NCBI GenBank assembly: GCA_001724265.1
Contig: MEDY01000257.1
Span: 1 to 64,000, forward strand
Origin: Rhizaria sp. SCN 62-66
Lineage: Eukaryota
DNA length: 64,000 nucleotides
Reading direction: 5' to 3'
Shown: positions 1-13,642 of the stretch, in pieces
How the letters are laid out: each line of letters opens with the position of its first letter
Numbering within the stretch: the first letter of the stretch is position 1
Program-made: the position numbers and the translations under genes
The notes under the pieces: model-generated
Seen by the model: only the letters and a program-made list of their open reading frames with translations
What the model was told of the DNA's origin: nothing
Databases searched by the model: none

Positions 1-3000
1 GCCGCCCGCGAGGCCGCCCGCGCGGCCCGGCGCCAGGCGCGCGCGGCGCGGCGGGAGCAGCGGCTACGGCGGCACGCGCTGTCGCGGGCACTGCCGCTGG
101 TCTTCATCGTCGTCACCGACTCGGAGCAGGTCCCGCTCTTCATGTCGCTCGCTGCCGCGGGCGCCGCCGCCGCCACCGCCGCTGCCGGTGGCGGCGTGAC
201 GGCTGCGACCGACGTCAGCGCGGCCATGAGCGCGCGAGCCAGTGCGTTCGCGTCGCGCGTGGCCACGCCCCGCGCCGCCGCACTCGACTGGGACAACGCC
301 GCCAGCGCCGCAAACACCTTTAGCGGCGCGGTCGGCTCGGGGGCGTGGGTGCGCTCGCCGTCGCCGGCGCTTAGCAGCTCTCTCAACGCGAGCCTGTCCG
401 CGAGCGCCGCCTCCGTCACTGTCGGCCGCCGTCCCTGGCCTTTGGTTGCCAACACGCCCGCACAGCCGCCCATCGCGCCGGTGCAGTCGGCCGCGTCTAC
501 TGCGCAACAACAGCAACAGCAGTTGCAGCAGAGCCGGGGCGCCCAGTTTACGCCGCACACCTACGGCGCAGGGGGCTACCTCGCCCCGGCCTCGGCGCCC
601 GCGATGCCCCTCAGCGGCAGCAGCGCGCTCGCCGAGCCAGGCGTTGCCTCCCTCCTCGGCAGCGGCGGCGGTGGTGGCGGTGGCGGCGTTGATGCGGGCG
701 ACGTCGACGCCGCGCCCGCGTCGTTCCGCTCCGCGCTCAAGCTCTCGTCCGTGTTCGCGGCCCCCTACGCCGACTCGACCTCCGCCGCCGTCGCCGCGCT
801 CGCCGCCGCGGCCAACACCGCCGCGGCCGCGGCCGCGTCGACGGTGACGAGTCCGTTTGCATCGCGCACCAACAGCGGCGCTCCGACCGCGGGCAAGCTC
901 GAGCGCAGCGCTCTGTCGCACACGAGCAGCGGGCAGAACGGGGCCGCGACCACCGCGGCCGAGCCCGTCTCCGTCGCCGGCAACTGCAACGGCACCGGCG
1001 TCGACTACCTCAGCGATGACGGCGCCGGCGACGACGACGCCAGCGCGTCCTTCCTGTTCCCGCCGTCATTCTCGCCCGCGCCCGCGTCGCCGGCCTTCTC
1101 GCGGCCCCGCGGCGCGCCACTCCTCTCGCCTGCCTCGCCGCTCGCAGCCCTGGTCACCGGCGGCGGCGTCGTCGCACCGGACTCAGCGCTCGCGCCCTCT
1201 GTCTCGGCCGTCGGCGGCGCTGCTGCGGCCGCGGGACTGCGGCCGCCCGCGCTGGCGCTCTCGCGCAGCCACTCCGGCGCGACGGCCGCCACTGCTGCGG
1301 GTGCAACAGGGTCACCTGTGATGCCGACGGCTACGGTAGGCCTCGGCGGCGAGCGGCTACGGCGCGCGGCGAGCACGGTCGCGGGCTCGGTCTACTTGTC
1401 GCCGACGCCGGCCGACGCCGCCGCGCTCGCGCTTAACGCCGGCAGCGGCAACCTTGCAGCGGATGACCGTGAGCGCGACGACGACGGCGACGACGACGAT
1501 CGCGAGGAGTTCGTTTCGTACAGCGGCGACCACGGCGACGCCGACCACAACGTCAACGACGCCGGCGTCGTCTCGCCCGCGACGTCCTACACCTCATTTC
1601 ACTCGCTCGCTCCCACCGCCACCGCGACGACTGCGGCGGGGCAGCAACAAGGCCGGCGCGGCGGCCGCGGCAGCAGCCGGTCCGTCTCGGGTCGCCGCCA
1701 CAGTGCCGCGCACAGTATGCGCTCCGTCGTGAGCGCCTACGACACGCCGGAGCCCGTCCACGGCCATCTGCTCGCCGGCGCTGACGGCACCGCGACCGTG
1801 AGCGTGAGCTCGCGCTTTGACACGTCGCTCAACAGCGTTGGCGCCGCGACCGGCGGCGAGAGCTGGGCCGGTCAGTCACCACTCACTACCCAACAGCAGC
1901 AACAGCAGCAGCAACAGCAGGCGTTGCTGCAGACCAAGGCCCTGGCGCAGACGCCGTCGCTGGCGTCGACCGTGTCGTCCTCGTTCACGCTCTCGACGCT
2001 CACGCCCGGGCCACCCGCCGCGGCGCTCGCCCGCGCCGGCCCGCGCGCCGCGCTCGCGCTCGCGGCCCTGTCCGCCGACCCCAGCGCCGCTGCGGCGGCT
2101 GCGGCTGCGGTGACCGCGGGCGGCGGCGCGGCGACCGCGGCGCTGGTGCTGGCCGCACGCCAGAAGGAGCGCGCGCGTCTGGCGCTGGCGATGTCGAAGC
2201 GCGCCCGCGCCGTGTCGCCGTCGCTTATCTCGGTCGAGGCCAACGCCTCCGCTAGCGCCGCGCGCAGCGCCGCCGCCGCGGCCACGGCCACGGCCGCCGC
2301 GATCGCCAGTGCGGCGGCGAGCGGCGACGCGGTGGACGGCAGCACATGGGCTAGCACCGACGCCGAGACGGGGGCTTGGGCCAGTCCCAACCGCGCTGCA
2401 TCGGCCACTGCAGCAGCTGCGACGGCTGCTGGGGGTAAGGCGCGTGTGGGCAATGGGGCGGAGGCCAAGGCGGGCTGGGCGGCGCTGCAAAGCCCGCTGC
2501 AGCCGTCGCCTTCCCCACAGTCGCTGGCGTCATCGTCGTCGCTCTCGTCGGCATCACTGTCCACGAATGCGAACGTGGCGTCAAGTGCGACTGCGGTGGA
2601 GCGGCCGCAACTGCAGGTGCGCGCCGCGGGGGATTGCGCGGGGCACGTGTACGCGTTCTCGCACGGCTTGATCAAGAGGGTTGCGTTTAAGATTGAGATT
2701 GGGGACACGGGCATCTCCGCGCTGCAGGGCATCGGTACGTAACAAATCAGGGTCATATCGCATGTTTTATTCGAATTTAATATGGCAGTAGCTGTAGAAA
2801 TATATTTAATAATTAAGTCTTATTCACATATTTCCTCACAATTGTGATGCTTTTGTGTGTGTGGTTTTGTATAGTGCCTTTGGAGCGGTTCATCTTGAAT
2901 AGGTTGTATCGACAGCTACTGACACTGGCAACGCCCTCTCATGTGGTTCAGGTCAAGTTAGTGGCAAAGGACGACGAAGACGATGTCGCTCGCATGGGCA

Positions 3001-3026
3001 ACGCGGGTTGCGACATTCGCAAGTAA
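1..3026 (+). CDS. Hypothetical Ala/Ser-rich low-complexity protein, 5'-truncated by the window edge, with a small globular-looking C-terminus; exons <1..2734 and 2875..3026
   Basis: Frame is open from base 1 into ORF 142..2742. A phase-1 intron 2735..2874 (GTACGT...ATAG) joins in frame to VPLERFILNRLYRQLL...CDIRK-TAA. No family recognised. Confidence 0.65.
1891..1920 (+). repeat. (CAA/CAG)10 polyglutamine tract
   Basis: caacagcagcaacagcagcagcaacagcag, in frame within the first gene. Confidence 0.85.
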
Positions 3027-3478
3027 TTGACAACGCACAGTACGAATAGTCTTGTTCATTCGGATTACATGTAAGCTTACAATAATTTACATTATTATAT
3101 TGTACAGTACATATGTACATTGTAACTTATGCTTATGTACATGTTCAGATGGGCAACAACTTTTGAGCGATAGTTTATTTTTATTTAAAACGTAATTAAT
3201 TTGCGAGCCTACAGAACAAAACATCACAATATTGAACTCGTTGGTTATTTCAGCTCTATCTGTCGAATACGAGTTTGATATGAGAAAGTGTATCCATGGC
3301 CTGAAAATAGCAACTCCCGATCAAAACAAGTAGCTGATATTAATACAACTCGAAAGAAGTCGATATATGTGCATACCAGCCCCACACCAACGCCGCAATA
3401 TAGCGCAATTAAGTGCAATACAAGATCTCATGCACATCGCATGCTCACCTGTCAAGTCATGTCGCCACACTCCACACT

Positions 3479-5713
<2,235 letters not shown>

Positions 5714-6258
5714 TTAAGGAAAGGGTGGGATTTGGTTGAAAATTGAGCAATGCGAAGTGGGTGGGGAGGAAAAAGGGGGATGTGGCAGGAGTTGGACGGC
5801 AGTGGAAATGAGGCGCGGTGAAGGGATCCAAATTAAGGGTGTAACGAGGCTTTTTGTGAACAGATTAAAATATGATATAGATGCGTTCTTGAACTATGTT
5901 TAAGATGAGTTCTGCGTAAGGATATCGAGCAGAGCGGGCAGACGAGTCCTTTTCCGAAGCCTCTCCGGCGGAGTGAAGGTAAGCCGGTCCGCAGCGCGCC
6001 CGCTTGCCAGTCGGTTGTGGTCGAAGCTGGGGCTCGCGAAGGACAGCCGAGGCCAGCGTCACGCAAACAGCCAGAAGATGTGCTAAACATCCGTTAACAG
6101 TACTGATCTCACACTATGGAACGAAACGTGCATTTTAACGTTATTTTTTATTATTAGAATTCAACCAACCTCTGAATATCACTCAAACACGTGCGTGTCC
6201 GTAGCCCTCACCAACACATTTTTCCCTTGCTCCTCCATCTCCCTTCCCAGAGGTCTCC

Positions 6259-9200
6259 ATGTCTTCCTTCAAGAAGCCTAAGACTTCCAAGCCGTCTGCC
6301 GCCGCTACCGTGGCTGACAGCCCCGCGCCCGTCGCGCAACGCCTCAAGAAGGCCAAGGTCGCGCCCCGCGCCCGCGCCCCCGCGGACAGCAACTCCGACG
6401 CCGACGCAGGTTCTGACTCGGACGCCTCCGTCCAGCTTCCTCCCGCCGGCAAGGGCAAGGGCAAGGGCAAGCCCGCTGTTGGCGAGGAGGAGGACGTGGG
6501 CGCTGCGGTGTCGTCGGATGCCGCCAGCGAGGGCATGGAGCCCGCGGTGCCTGCGTTCGCGCCGGGCAGCAAGCTCGCGGCGCTGCCGTGGCGCAAGGTG
6601 TCGTACATGAAGGCGTCGATGCGCAACAAGGTGAACGACTTCGACGGGCTCATGGCCGTGGACGTGATTGACGGCGACAGCTACACGGCCAGCATGGCCA
6701 AGCAGTCGAAGCTTGAGGCCGCCCGCGCCGCGGCAGAGCGCGCGGCGGAGAAGGAGGAGGAGCTGCGCAACAAGCCCATGTCGCTCAAGGAGAAGCGCGC
6801 GCTGCAGAGCCAGAAGGACAAGGAGGCCGCCAGGGCTGCCAAGGAGGCCGCTAAGGCCGCCAAGGTCAACCCTGCTGCTGCCAACGCCAACGCCTGCAAG
6901 ACTGCTGCTGTGGCCGCTGCCGCAAAGAAGCCCGCCGCTGCCGCCGCCAACGACAGTGACAGTGACAGCGACGAGAGCGACGCCGTGATGGACGACGAGG
7001 AGGTCGACGCGTTCCTCACCACGGCCATTAAGAGCGGCAAGCTCGTTCCGCCCTCTAGCGACGACGACGGCGACGCCGACGACAGCGACGCCGACGACAG
7101 TGGCAGCGAGAGCGAGAGCGCCAAGGACGCCTTCTTCACGCGCGTGATCAAGGGCCAGGACCCGCGTCACCGCGTGCCCGACTCGGACGATGAGGACGAC
7201 GACGTCACGGCCGCTTACAACGCGGCCACGGGCAACGGCGGCGCGGGCGACTGTGACGACGCCTTCACGACGTGGTCCGACGGCGAGGACACGGCCGACG
7301 ACGCCAACGCGGGCTACTCGGACGAGGACTTCGACGGCGTCGAGGGCGACGAGGGCGACATGTTTGACTTCGCCGGCTTTGGCGAGGGTGACATTGAGGG
7401 CGACATTGCTGAGGGCGACGAGGGCGACTTCGGCGGCGTCGAGGGTGACTTCGAGGGCGACGAGGGCGATCTCATGGGCCTTGAGGGCGACGAGGGCGAT
7501 ATGCTGTTTGAAGGCGACGATGGGGAGCTTGAGCTCGAGGAGGACGAGGACGGCGAGCTCGAGTTCGAGCAAGACGACGACAGCGCGGTGCCCGCGCACC
7601 TCCGCGCGCTGGCGCCCGTGACGGTGCTGTCTAAGGAGCGCGACCTGGCGCTCGCGCACAAGGAGCTCAAGGAGAGCAAGGAGCGCGCGGCCGCCGCCGC
7701 CGCCGCCGCGCTCGCCGCCAAGAACCAGTCGCACCGCATCGAAGTCGTCACCCCCGGCGCCGCTGACGGCGCTGAGGGCGCGGCTGGCGCCGAGGGCCAG
7801 GGCAAGAACGGCGCCCCGCGCCACACGCTGTACGCGAACACGGACGCGTTCCACCGCGAGAACCGCAACATGATCGCGTGGGCGCCGCTGCCGCTCCACC
7901 CGCTGCTGCTCTCGGGGCTGCGCTCGCTGGGCTTTGTGGCGCCCACGCGCATCCAGCTCGACACGATGCTGCCGGCGCTGCGCGACTGGAAGGACGTCGT
8001 GGGCGCCGCGCAGACGGGCAGCGGCAAGACCATGGCCTACGTGCTGCCCATCATGAACGAGGTCCTGCGCCGCCGCGCGCGCCGCGCTGAGCAGCTGTGC
8101 CGCGCGCGGCCCGAATGGCGCGGCGTGCGCGCACCCTCGCTGGAGCAGGTCGCCGCGGCGGGCGACGACGCGGGCGTGATCTTCTCCGACCACGAGACCG
8201 GCTACGGCGGCCTCTATGCGGTCCTGCGCGGCGAGAAGCGCCGCCGCATTGCCAAGGAGGAGGCGTGCCGCGCGCACAAGGCGAGCGGCGCGCGCCTGGG
8301 CCGCAAGCGCGGCAGCTCGGGCGTCGCGCACAAGGACGACATCACCGACGCCGACTGGCGCGTGGCGCTTGCGGGCGAGGACTTCGAGATCGAGGATATT
8401 GTTATGCGCGACACGGCGCTGTCCGCACCCGAGAACAAGCCGCAGAGCAAGGCCGACAAGGCGCGCGTGGTGCGCGCGGTGGCGCAGGCGATGACCGACG
8501 CGCGCATGGGCGCCGAGTTCGAGCCCAAGTGGAACGGTGCGCGCACGTTTAACGACCCGATCACGGGCATCGTGCTGACGCCGACGCGCGAGCTGGCGAC
8601 GCAGGTGACGCAGCACATCAACGCCGTGGGGCGCAACTGCTTCATCCAGGTCGCCACGCTTATCGGCGGGCTCGGCATGGACAAGCAGATGCGCATGGTC
8701 AAGTCCTCCCCGGCGATCGTGGTAGCGACCCCCGGCCGGCTGTGGGACATGATCACCACGGCCGACGGCACCGCGGAGCAGGCCAACGTCTCGCGCGCGG
8801 GCCGCGGCGCCGACGGCAGCGACAGCGAGGGCGACGACGAAGTGCAGGACCAGAGCGGCGAGAAGCCCAACGCGCTGACGGACCTCTCGCAGCTGCGTTT
8901 CTTTGTCATCGACGAGGCTGACCGCATGGTCGCCAACGGCTCTTACCCCGAGCTCGATAACATCATCCTCTATGTGCAGTCGTTCCGCGAAGACGAGGCT
9001 GCCGCGGCCGCCGCCGCCGCCACAAGCAGCAAGGGCGGCAACAGCGCCGAGTCGAGCCGCATGCAGATCTTCCTGTACTCGGCGACGCTGACGCTGCGCG
9101 ACGAGGCGCGCGGCAACGCGGTCAAGAAGCACGACTTCCGCAAGGAGGCCGCCGACGGCGGGCCGTCGTTCGAGAAGAGCCAGTCGATGCTGCGCAAGCT

Positions 9201-10098
9201 GGCGACGCGGCTGCCGTTCCACGGCAAGCCGTACATCGCGGACCTGTCGTCGCAGTTCCTGCTGTCGCCGACGCTGCAGCAGAGCGCGATCGAGTGCCTG
9301 TCGGAGGACCGCGACGTGTCGCTATACTCTGTGCTGTACCGTCATGAGTCGCGCTGCATCATCTTCGTCAACGCCATCTCCGTGGTGCAACGTCTCGTCG
9401 CCGTGCTCAAGCAGCTGGGCCTCGACGCCAGCGGGCTGCACGCGCACATGCAGCAGAACCAGCGCCTCAGCATCCTCGACCGGTTCAAGTCGCCCAAGCA
9501 CCCGCGCGCGATCATCGTGTGCACGGACGTTGCGGCGCGCGGTATCGACATCCCGTGCGTGGAGCTGGTGGTGCAATACCACGTGCCCAAGTCGCCCGAG
9601 ACGTACATCCACCGCTCCGGCCGCACGGCGCGCGCGGGGCAGCCCGGCAAGTCGGTGACGCTGGTGACGCAGAAGGAGAGCAGCGACTTCGAGCGCCTCA
9701 AGCGCGTGCTCGGCCCCGCCGGGCTGGAGATCGTGCGTGAGCGGCCTCCCAGCGCGTTCGTGTCGCAGCTCAACGCTCGGCTGCGTCTCGCGACGCAGAT
9801 CGTGCGCATCGAGCAGCAGGGCATGCGCGCGCGCGGCGACGAGGAGTGGATGAAGAAGGCCGCCGCCGACGTCGGCATGGACTTTGACAAGGAAGAGCAC
9901 GACTTCGGCTACGACGAGGAGGAGCTGCTGGGCCAGAAGGTCGGCAAAAAGTCCAAGAACGGCAAGCGTGGCATGGACGACGACGAGGCCTCGATTCTGC
10001 ACGGCAAGATGCGCCAGCAGAAGCAGGAGGTGGCGCGCATGAAGTTCCAGCTCAAGACGCTGCTCGCGGACAAGATCTGGACCAAGCTCGGCTATTGA
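6259..10098 (+). CDS. DDX24: DEAD-box RNA helicase DDX24/MAK5 with a long acidic N-terminal extension
   Basis: Q motif GFVAPTRIQ, AQTGSGKT, large insert before PTRELA (typical of DDX24), DEADRM, SAT, LHAHMQQNQRL, TDVAARGID, YIHRSGRTARAG, C-terminal WMKKAA. TGA stop. Confidence 0.9.
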   Translation: MSSFKKPKTSKPSAAATVADSPAPVAQRLKKAKVAPRARAPADSNSDADAGSDSDASVQLPPAGKGKGKGKPAVGEEEDVGAAVSSDAASEGMEPAVPAFAPGSKLAALPWRKVSYMKASMRNKVNDFDGLMAVDVIDGDSYTASMAKQSKLEAARAAAERAAEKEEELRNKPMSLKEKRALQSQKDKEAARAAKEAAKAAKVNPAAANANACKTAAVAAAAKKPAAAAANDSDSDSDESDAVMDDEEVDAFLTTAIKSGKLVPPSSDDDGDADDSDADDSGSESESAKDAFFTRVIKGQDPRHRVPDSDDEDDDVTAAYNAATGNGGAGDCDDAFTTWSDGEDTADDANAGYSDEDFDGVEGDEGDMFDFAGFGEGDIEGDIAEGDEGDFGGVEGDFEGDEGDLMGLEGDEGDMLFEGDDGELELEEDEDGELEFEQDDDSAVPAHLRALAPVTVLSKERDLALAHKELKESKERAAAAAAAALAAKNQSHRIEVVTPGAADGAEGAAGAEGQGKNGAPRHTLYANTDAFHRENRNMIAWAPLPLHPLLLSGLRSLGFVAPTRIQLDTMLPALRDWKDVVGAAQTGSGKTMAYVLPIMNEVLRRRARRAEQLCRARPEWRGVRAPSLEQVAAAGDDAGVIFSDHETGYGGLYAVLRGEKRRRIAKEEACRAHKASGARLGRKRGSSGVAHKDDITDADWRVALAGEDFEIEDIVMRDTALSAPENKPQSKADKARVVRAVAQAMTDARMGAEFEPKWNGARTFNDPITGIVLTPTRELATQVTQHINAVGRNCFIQVATLIGGLGMDKQMRMVKSSPAIVVATPGRLWDMITTADGTAEQANVSRAGRGADGSDSEGDDEVQDQSGEKPNALTDLSQLRFFVIDEADRMVANGSYPELDNIILYVQSFREDEAAAAAAAATSSKGGNSAESSRMQIFLYSATLTLRDEARGNAVKKHDFRKEAADGGPSFEKSQSMLRKLATRLPFHGKPYIADLSSQFLLSPTLQQSAIECLSEDRDVSLYSVLYRHESRCIIFVNAISVVQRLVAVLKQLGLDASGLHAHMQQNQRLSILDRFKSPKHPRAIIVCTDVAARGIDIPCVELVVQYHVPKSPETYIHRSGRTARAGQPGKSVTLVTQKESSDFERLKRVLGPAGLEIVRERPPSAFVSQLNARLRLATQIVRIEQQGMRARGDEEWMKKAAADVGMDFDKEEHDFGYDEEELLGQKVGKKSKNGKRGMDDDEASILHGKMRQQKQEVARMKFQLKTLLADKIWTKLGY
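7321..7580 (+). repeat. Degenerate tandem GAGGGCGAC repeat encoding an (EGD)n acidic tract in DDX24
   Basis: Translates as DEDFDGVEGDEGDMFDFAGFGEGDIEGDIAEGDEGDFGGVEGDFEGDEGDLMGLEGDEGDMLFEGDDGELE. Confidence 0.75.
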
Positions 10099-10438
10099 TC
10101 ACGTCAATGTGCGTGGTATGACAAGTGTCAGTTCGTGATACGTACGAGAGTCATGGTCATGCAATGGCTTGATTTAGGGTCATCATAACGTCGTATATAT
10201 TTTATTAGCAAATACACCAATTATTTCATTCGGTAAGCTTGTGTGCATCTCTCAAATATGCTGTGTATCTTGTGTATTGAATTGAAACAGAAATAATCTG
10301 GCCGGCCTCCGTCGTTTGTCGTAAGCAGAATTCACCGCGGCCACTATGGACAACAACTTCAGCGTTGCTAAAAGTCTGATTCGTCGTCATTGAAAGTATA
10401 TATTTTAAGTAAAGCAAAGTATTGAACAGAGAGAGAGC

Positions 10439-13400
10439 TCACTTGATGGGCGGGAACTCGATGAACGCGTCCTTGCGCGGCACCGCAGCCTTGGGACTGC
10501 CGCCGACTCCGCCCGCGCCCGCGCCAGCGCCGCCGAGGCCGGTGCCGGCGCCGCCACGACTGGAGCCACGGCCGGAGTTCATCTGCATCGGGGGGAAGTC
10601 GGCGCCGCCGAGGCCGAGGCCGCCGCGGCTGCTCGTGCTGCCGGGCCGGCCCACGGGCGGCAGAGAGCTCGCACCACCGTTACCGTTGCCACCGCCGACG
10701 CCGTTGCCGTTGAAAAGCGCGTCCGCGCCGACCTCCTCCATGGTGTCTGCGATGACGGCCTTCATCTGCGGGTGCTCCTCGGCGAAGACGCGGATGAGGT
10801 CGACCACGAGCGTGTTCTTACGCTTCTGCTCCTGCAGCGACACGAACAGCTCCTCGGGGCTCGTTTCGCTCTTGCCCAGACTCGTCGCCTTGCGGTACTC
10901 GGCGTGCTTCTGCTGCGAGAGCCGTGTGGAGCGCACGAGCTGCTGCTCCTGCTCCGACAGCTGCTTGCGCAGCTGCTGCAGATCCTTGTCCTGCGCCTGG
11001 ACCTCGCGGCCCACAGTCGCGATGTCCTGCATGAGCTCCGCCAGCAGCCGGCGCCGCTCGTCGAAGTCCATCGTAACGCTGCGCAGCGCCTGTTTCTTCT
11101 TGTGCAGCGCCTCCATCACGTGCCGTTGCTTCTGCTCCAGCTGCGCCTTGAGCTGCGCCTCCGCGGACTCCGGGTCCGCCTTGTGCAGCGCCTCGCGGAA
11201 GTTCTGGTTGCGCACGTTGAGCGACTTGAGCGTCTTGGCCAGCATCAGGATCTCCTTCTCCGCGCGCCGGATCGCGCCGTTGAGCTCGTCGCCCTCGCGC
11301 TGCAGCTCCTCGCGCTCCTGCGCGGCCTGGATGATATAGTACGCCTGCGTGCGCTCCTCGCCGTCGGCGCCCGTGGAGAGCCCCGAGAGCTTGCCGTTGA
11401 TCGTTTCGTACTTGGCGCGGATGCGGTCGAGCTTGATCTGGCGCTCGCGCAAGTCCATCATGACCGTGTGGCGCGCCTCCTCGCAAGCCTTGATCTCGGC
11501 GCGCTGCACGTCCTTGTGCAGCGAAACCTCCTTCTCGCGCTCCTTCATCGACAGCTCGAGCTGCAGCTTGCGCTCCTCCAGCTCGCCCACCTTGGTCTTC
11601 TTGACATCGAGCAGCTCGCCCAGCTTCTTGGCCTCGAGCGCCATCTCGTCGTGCTTGACTGCCAGAGACTCCTTGAGCGCCACGGCCTTCTTGTACTCGC
11701 GGTCCTCGGTGCCGACCTCGAGCTGCGCCACGTTAAGCCGCTCCACGGCGGCCTGCCGGTCTGCGCACGTCTTGTCGAAGTCCTTGCGCGCGACGCGGAG
11801 CTCCTCCTGCAGCGCGCGGACCTGCCCGCCGAGCATGTTGTTCTCAGCGTTGGCGCGGTCGAGCTCAACCTGGAGCTCGGCGATCTTCTGGTTCAGGATC
11901 ACCGTCTCCTCGACGCTGCGCTTGCCCGACACGTGCGACACCTTGCGCTCCAGCTGCTGCACCTGGAACTCAATCGTGTAGAGCATCTCCTGCTGCCGCA
12001 ACGAGCGCTGGTCCAGCTCGCGGACGCGGCTCTGCAGGTTGCGCGACGCGCCCTGCGCGCCCGAGATCTCGGCGATCAGCGCAGCCTCGGCCTTGCGCAG
12101 CTCGAACAGCGAGTGCGACTGTGTGAACATCTGCTCCTTGGCGCCGTGCAGCGCGCGGTTGAGCCCCGCGAGGCGCTGCTGGTGCTGCCGCTGCAGCTCG
12201 TCGATCTGCCGCGCGCGCTCGGCCAGGTCCTTGGTGTCGCTGAAGCCCGTAGCGAGCTGCTCCTTGGTGGCCTGCACGAGCTGCGTGTACTCCTCGAGCT
12301 TGCGCGACTTCTCGTTCTGCAGGTCCTTAAGGTTGGTGTTGAGGAAGGTCGCGGCGTTGAGTTCGCCTTCGGCCTTCTCGTTCTCACCGCGCTGCGTGGC
12401 CACCATGTCTTGCAGCCCCTCAACCTCCTTGCGCATGCCCGTCAGCGCGTCGCGCTTCTGCGCCGCCGTGCGCTCGTGGAACTCGAGCTGGTTGTTTAGG
12501 TACTTGTGTTGCGCCGTCTCCTGAGCCAGCACCTGCTCCGCCTCGGCCACCGTCGCCTCCATCTGCCGCACGTGCACCTTGATCAGCGCGATTTCCTCGC
12601 CCTTCTGGAGGATCTCGTCGTCGCGCGTGTGCATCGCCTTCATGGCCTCGTTCCACTGCCGGATCAGGTCCTGGCGCTGCTTGTGCTGGCGTCGAAAGGC
12701 CTCGGCCAGCGCGTCGAGCTCCATCTGCACGGTCCGCGTCTCGGTCACCTCGCGCTGCAGCCGCGCGTGCGCGTCGTGCGCCACGCGGGCCTGCTTCTCG
12801 ACCTGCTGGCCCAGGTGCAGCAGCTTGGTGTTGTCCTGCTTGTGGTACTTGGCGACAGCTTCGTGGTCGTCCTCCTTCTGCTTGGCGGCCAGAGACCACT
12901 GCATCAGCTCGTCGTGGTTCCAGTTCATCTCCAGCTTGAACTTCTCCAGCCGCTCGTTGGCCGCGAAGACGGCGTTCTGCAGCCGGTTCATCTCGTCCTG
13001 CGCAGCTGCCGTGTCCTTCTTGGCGCGCGAGATGTCGAGGTTGAGGCGCCCGAAGTTGCGCTGCGAGAGCTTGTTGAGGTGCTGCTCGGAGGTGATCTCC
13101 TTGGCCTTGGCGTCGAGCAGGCCCTGCGTGTGCGTGTGCTCCTGCCGCACATTCTTCAGGTGGTCCCCCATCACCGCCACGCGGTCCACGTTCGACTGCA
13201 GGATCTCCTGCGCCGACTGAATGCCCTTCTCCTTTTCCTTGATGCGCTTGTTAAGCGCCTGATTCTCGGCCGAGGCCCACGGCGGCAGCACGTCATAGTG
13301 CGCGTTTGCGTCGTCAAGGCCCGGCATGTCGTCGGGGAGGATCTCCGCGCCGTCCGCGCCGCCGGCGTCGTTGTAGCCGCCGCTGCCGTCGTCGTCGCCG

Positions 13401-13642
13401 TCGTCGCCGTCGCCATTGTGGCCGCCGCCGCCGCCTGCGAAGCGGGACGAGTCGAGGACGTCGACATCGGGGTGCTCGTCGTCATCGCCGTAGCCAAAGT
13501 ACGACGCGCGGGGCGCAGAGCCCGAGCCGGAACCAGAGGCGTGGGCGTCGCCGTCGTTGTCGTTGTTGTCGTAGTTATTGTTATCGGGGTAGGGGCTGCC
13601 GCGCGGGGAGCCGCTGGGGCTAGGGCCATCGCCGCCGTCCAT
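10439..13642 (-). CDS. CCDC39: Coiled-coil domain-containing protein 39 (axonemal 96-nm ruler subunit)
   Basis: Motifs LPPWASAENQAL, HLKNVRQE, KLEMNWNHDELMQW, FRRQHKQRQDLIRQW, QQEMLYTIEFQVQQLERKV, TQAYYIIQAAQEREELQREGDEL. TGA stop. Confidence 0.93.
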   Translation of the reverse strand: MDGGDGPSPSGSPRGSPYPDNNNYDNNDNDGDAHASGSGSGSAPRASYFGYGDDDEHPDVDVLDSSRFAGGGGGHNGDGDDGDDDGSGGYNDAGGADGAEILPDDMPGLDDANAHYDVLPPWASAENQALNKRIKEKEKGIQSAQEILQSNVDRVAVMGDHLKNVRQEHTHTQGLLDAKAKEITSEQHLNKLSQRNFGRLNLDISRAKKDTAAAQDEMNRLQNAVFAANERLEKFKLEMNWNHDELMQWSLAAKQKEDDHEAVAKYHKQDNTKLLHLGQQVEKQARVAHDAHARLQREVTETRTVQMELDALAEAFRRQHKQRQDLIRQWNEAMKAMHTRDDEILQKGEEIALIKVHVRQMEATVAEAEQVLAQETAQHKYLNNQLEFHERTAAQKRDALTGMRKEVEGLQDMVATQRGENEKAEGELNAATFLNTNLKDLQNEKSRKLEEYTQLVQATKEQLATGFSDTKDLAERARQIDELQRQHQQRLAGLNRALHGAKEQMFTQSHSLFELRKAEAALIAEISGAQGASRNLQSRVRELDQRSLRQQEMLYTIEFQVQQLERKVSHVSGKRSVEETVILNQKIAELQVELDRANAENNMLGGQVRALQEELRVARKDFDKTCADRQAAVERLNVAQLEVGTEDREYKKAVALKESLAVKHDEMALEAKKLGELLDVKKTKVGELEERKLQLELSMKEREKEVSLHKDVQRAEIKACEEARHTVMMDLRERQIKLDRIRAKYETINGKLSGLSTGADGEERTQAYYIIQAAQEREELQREGDELNGAIRRAEKEILMLAKTLKSLNVRNQNFREALHKADPESAEAQLKAQLEQKQRHVMEALHKKKQALRSVTMDFDERRRLLAELMQDIATVGREVQAQDKDLQQLRKQLSEQEQQLVRSTRLSQQKHAEYRKATSLGKSETSPEELFVSLQEQKRKNTLVVDLIRVFAEEHPQMKAVIADTMEEVGADALFNGNGVGGGNGNGGASSLPPVGRPGSTSSRGGLGLGGADFPPMQMNSGRGSSRGGAGTGLGGAGAGAGGVGGSPKAAVPRKDAFIEFPPIK

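Noticed and set aside
8050-8560. Large insertion between helicase motifs I and Ia of DDX24, considered as a possible intein or intron
   Set aside because: An insertion at this position is a known DDX24/MAK5 trait. It has no intein terminal motifs and no AT-rich intron signature.
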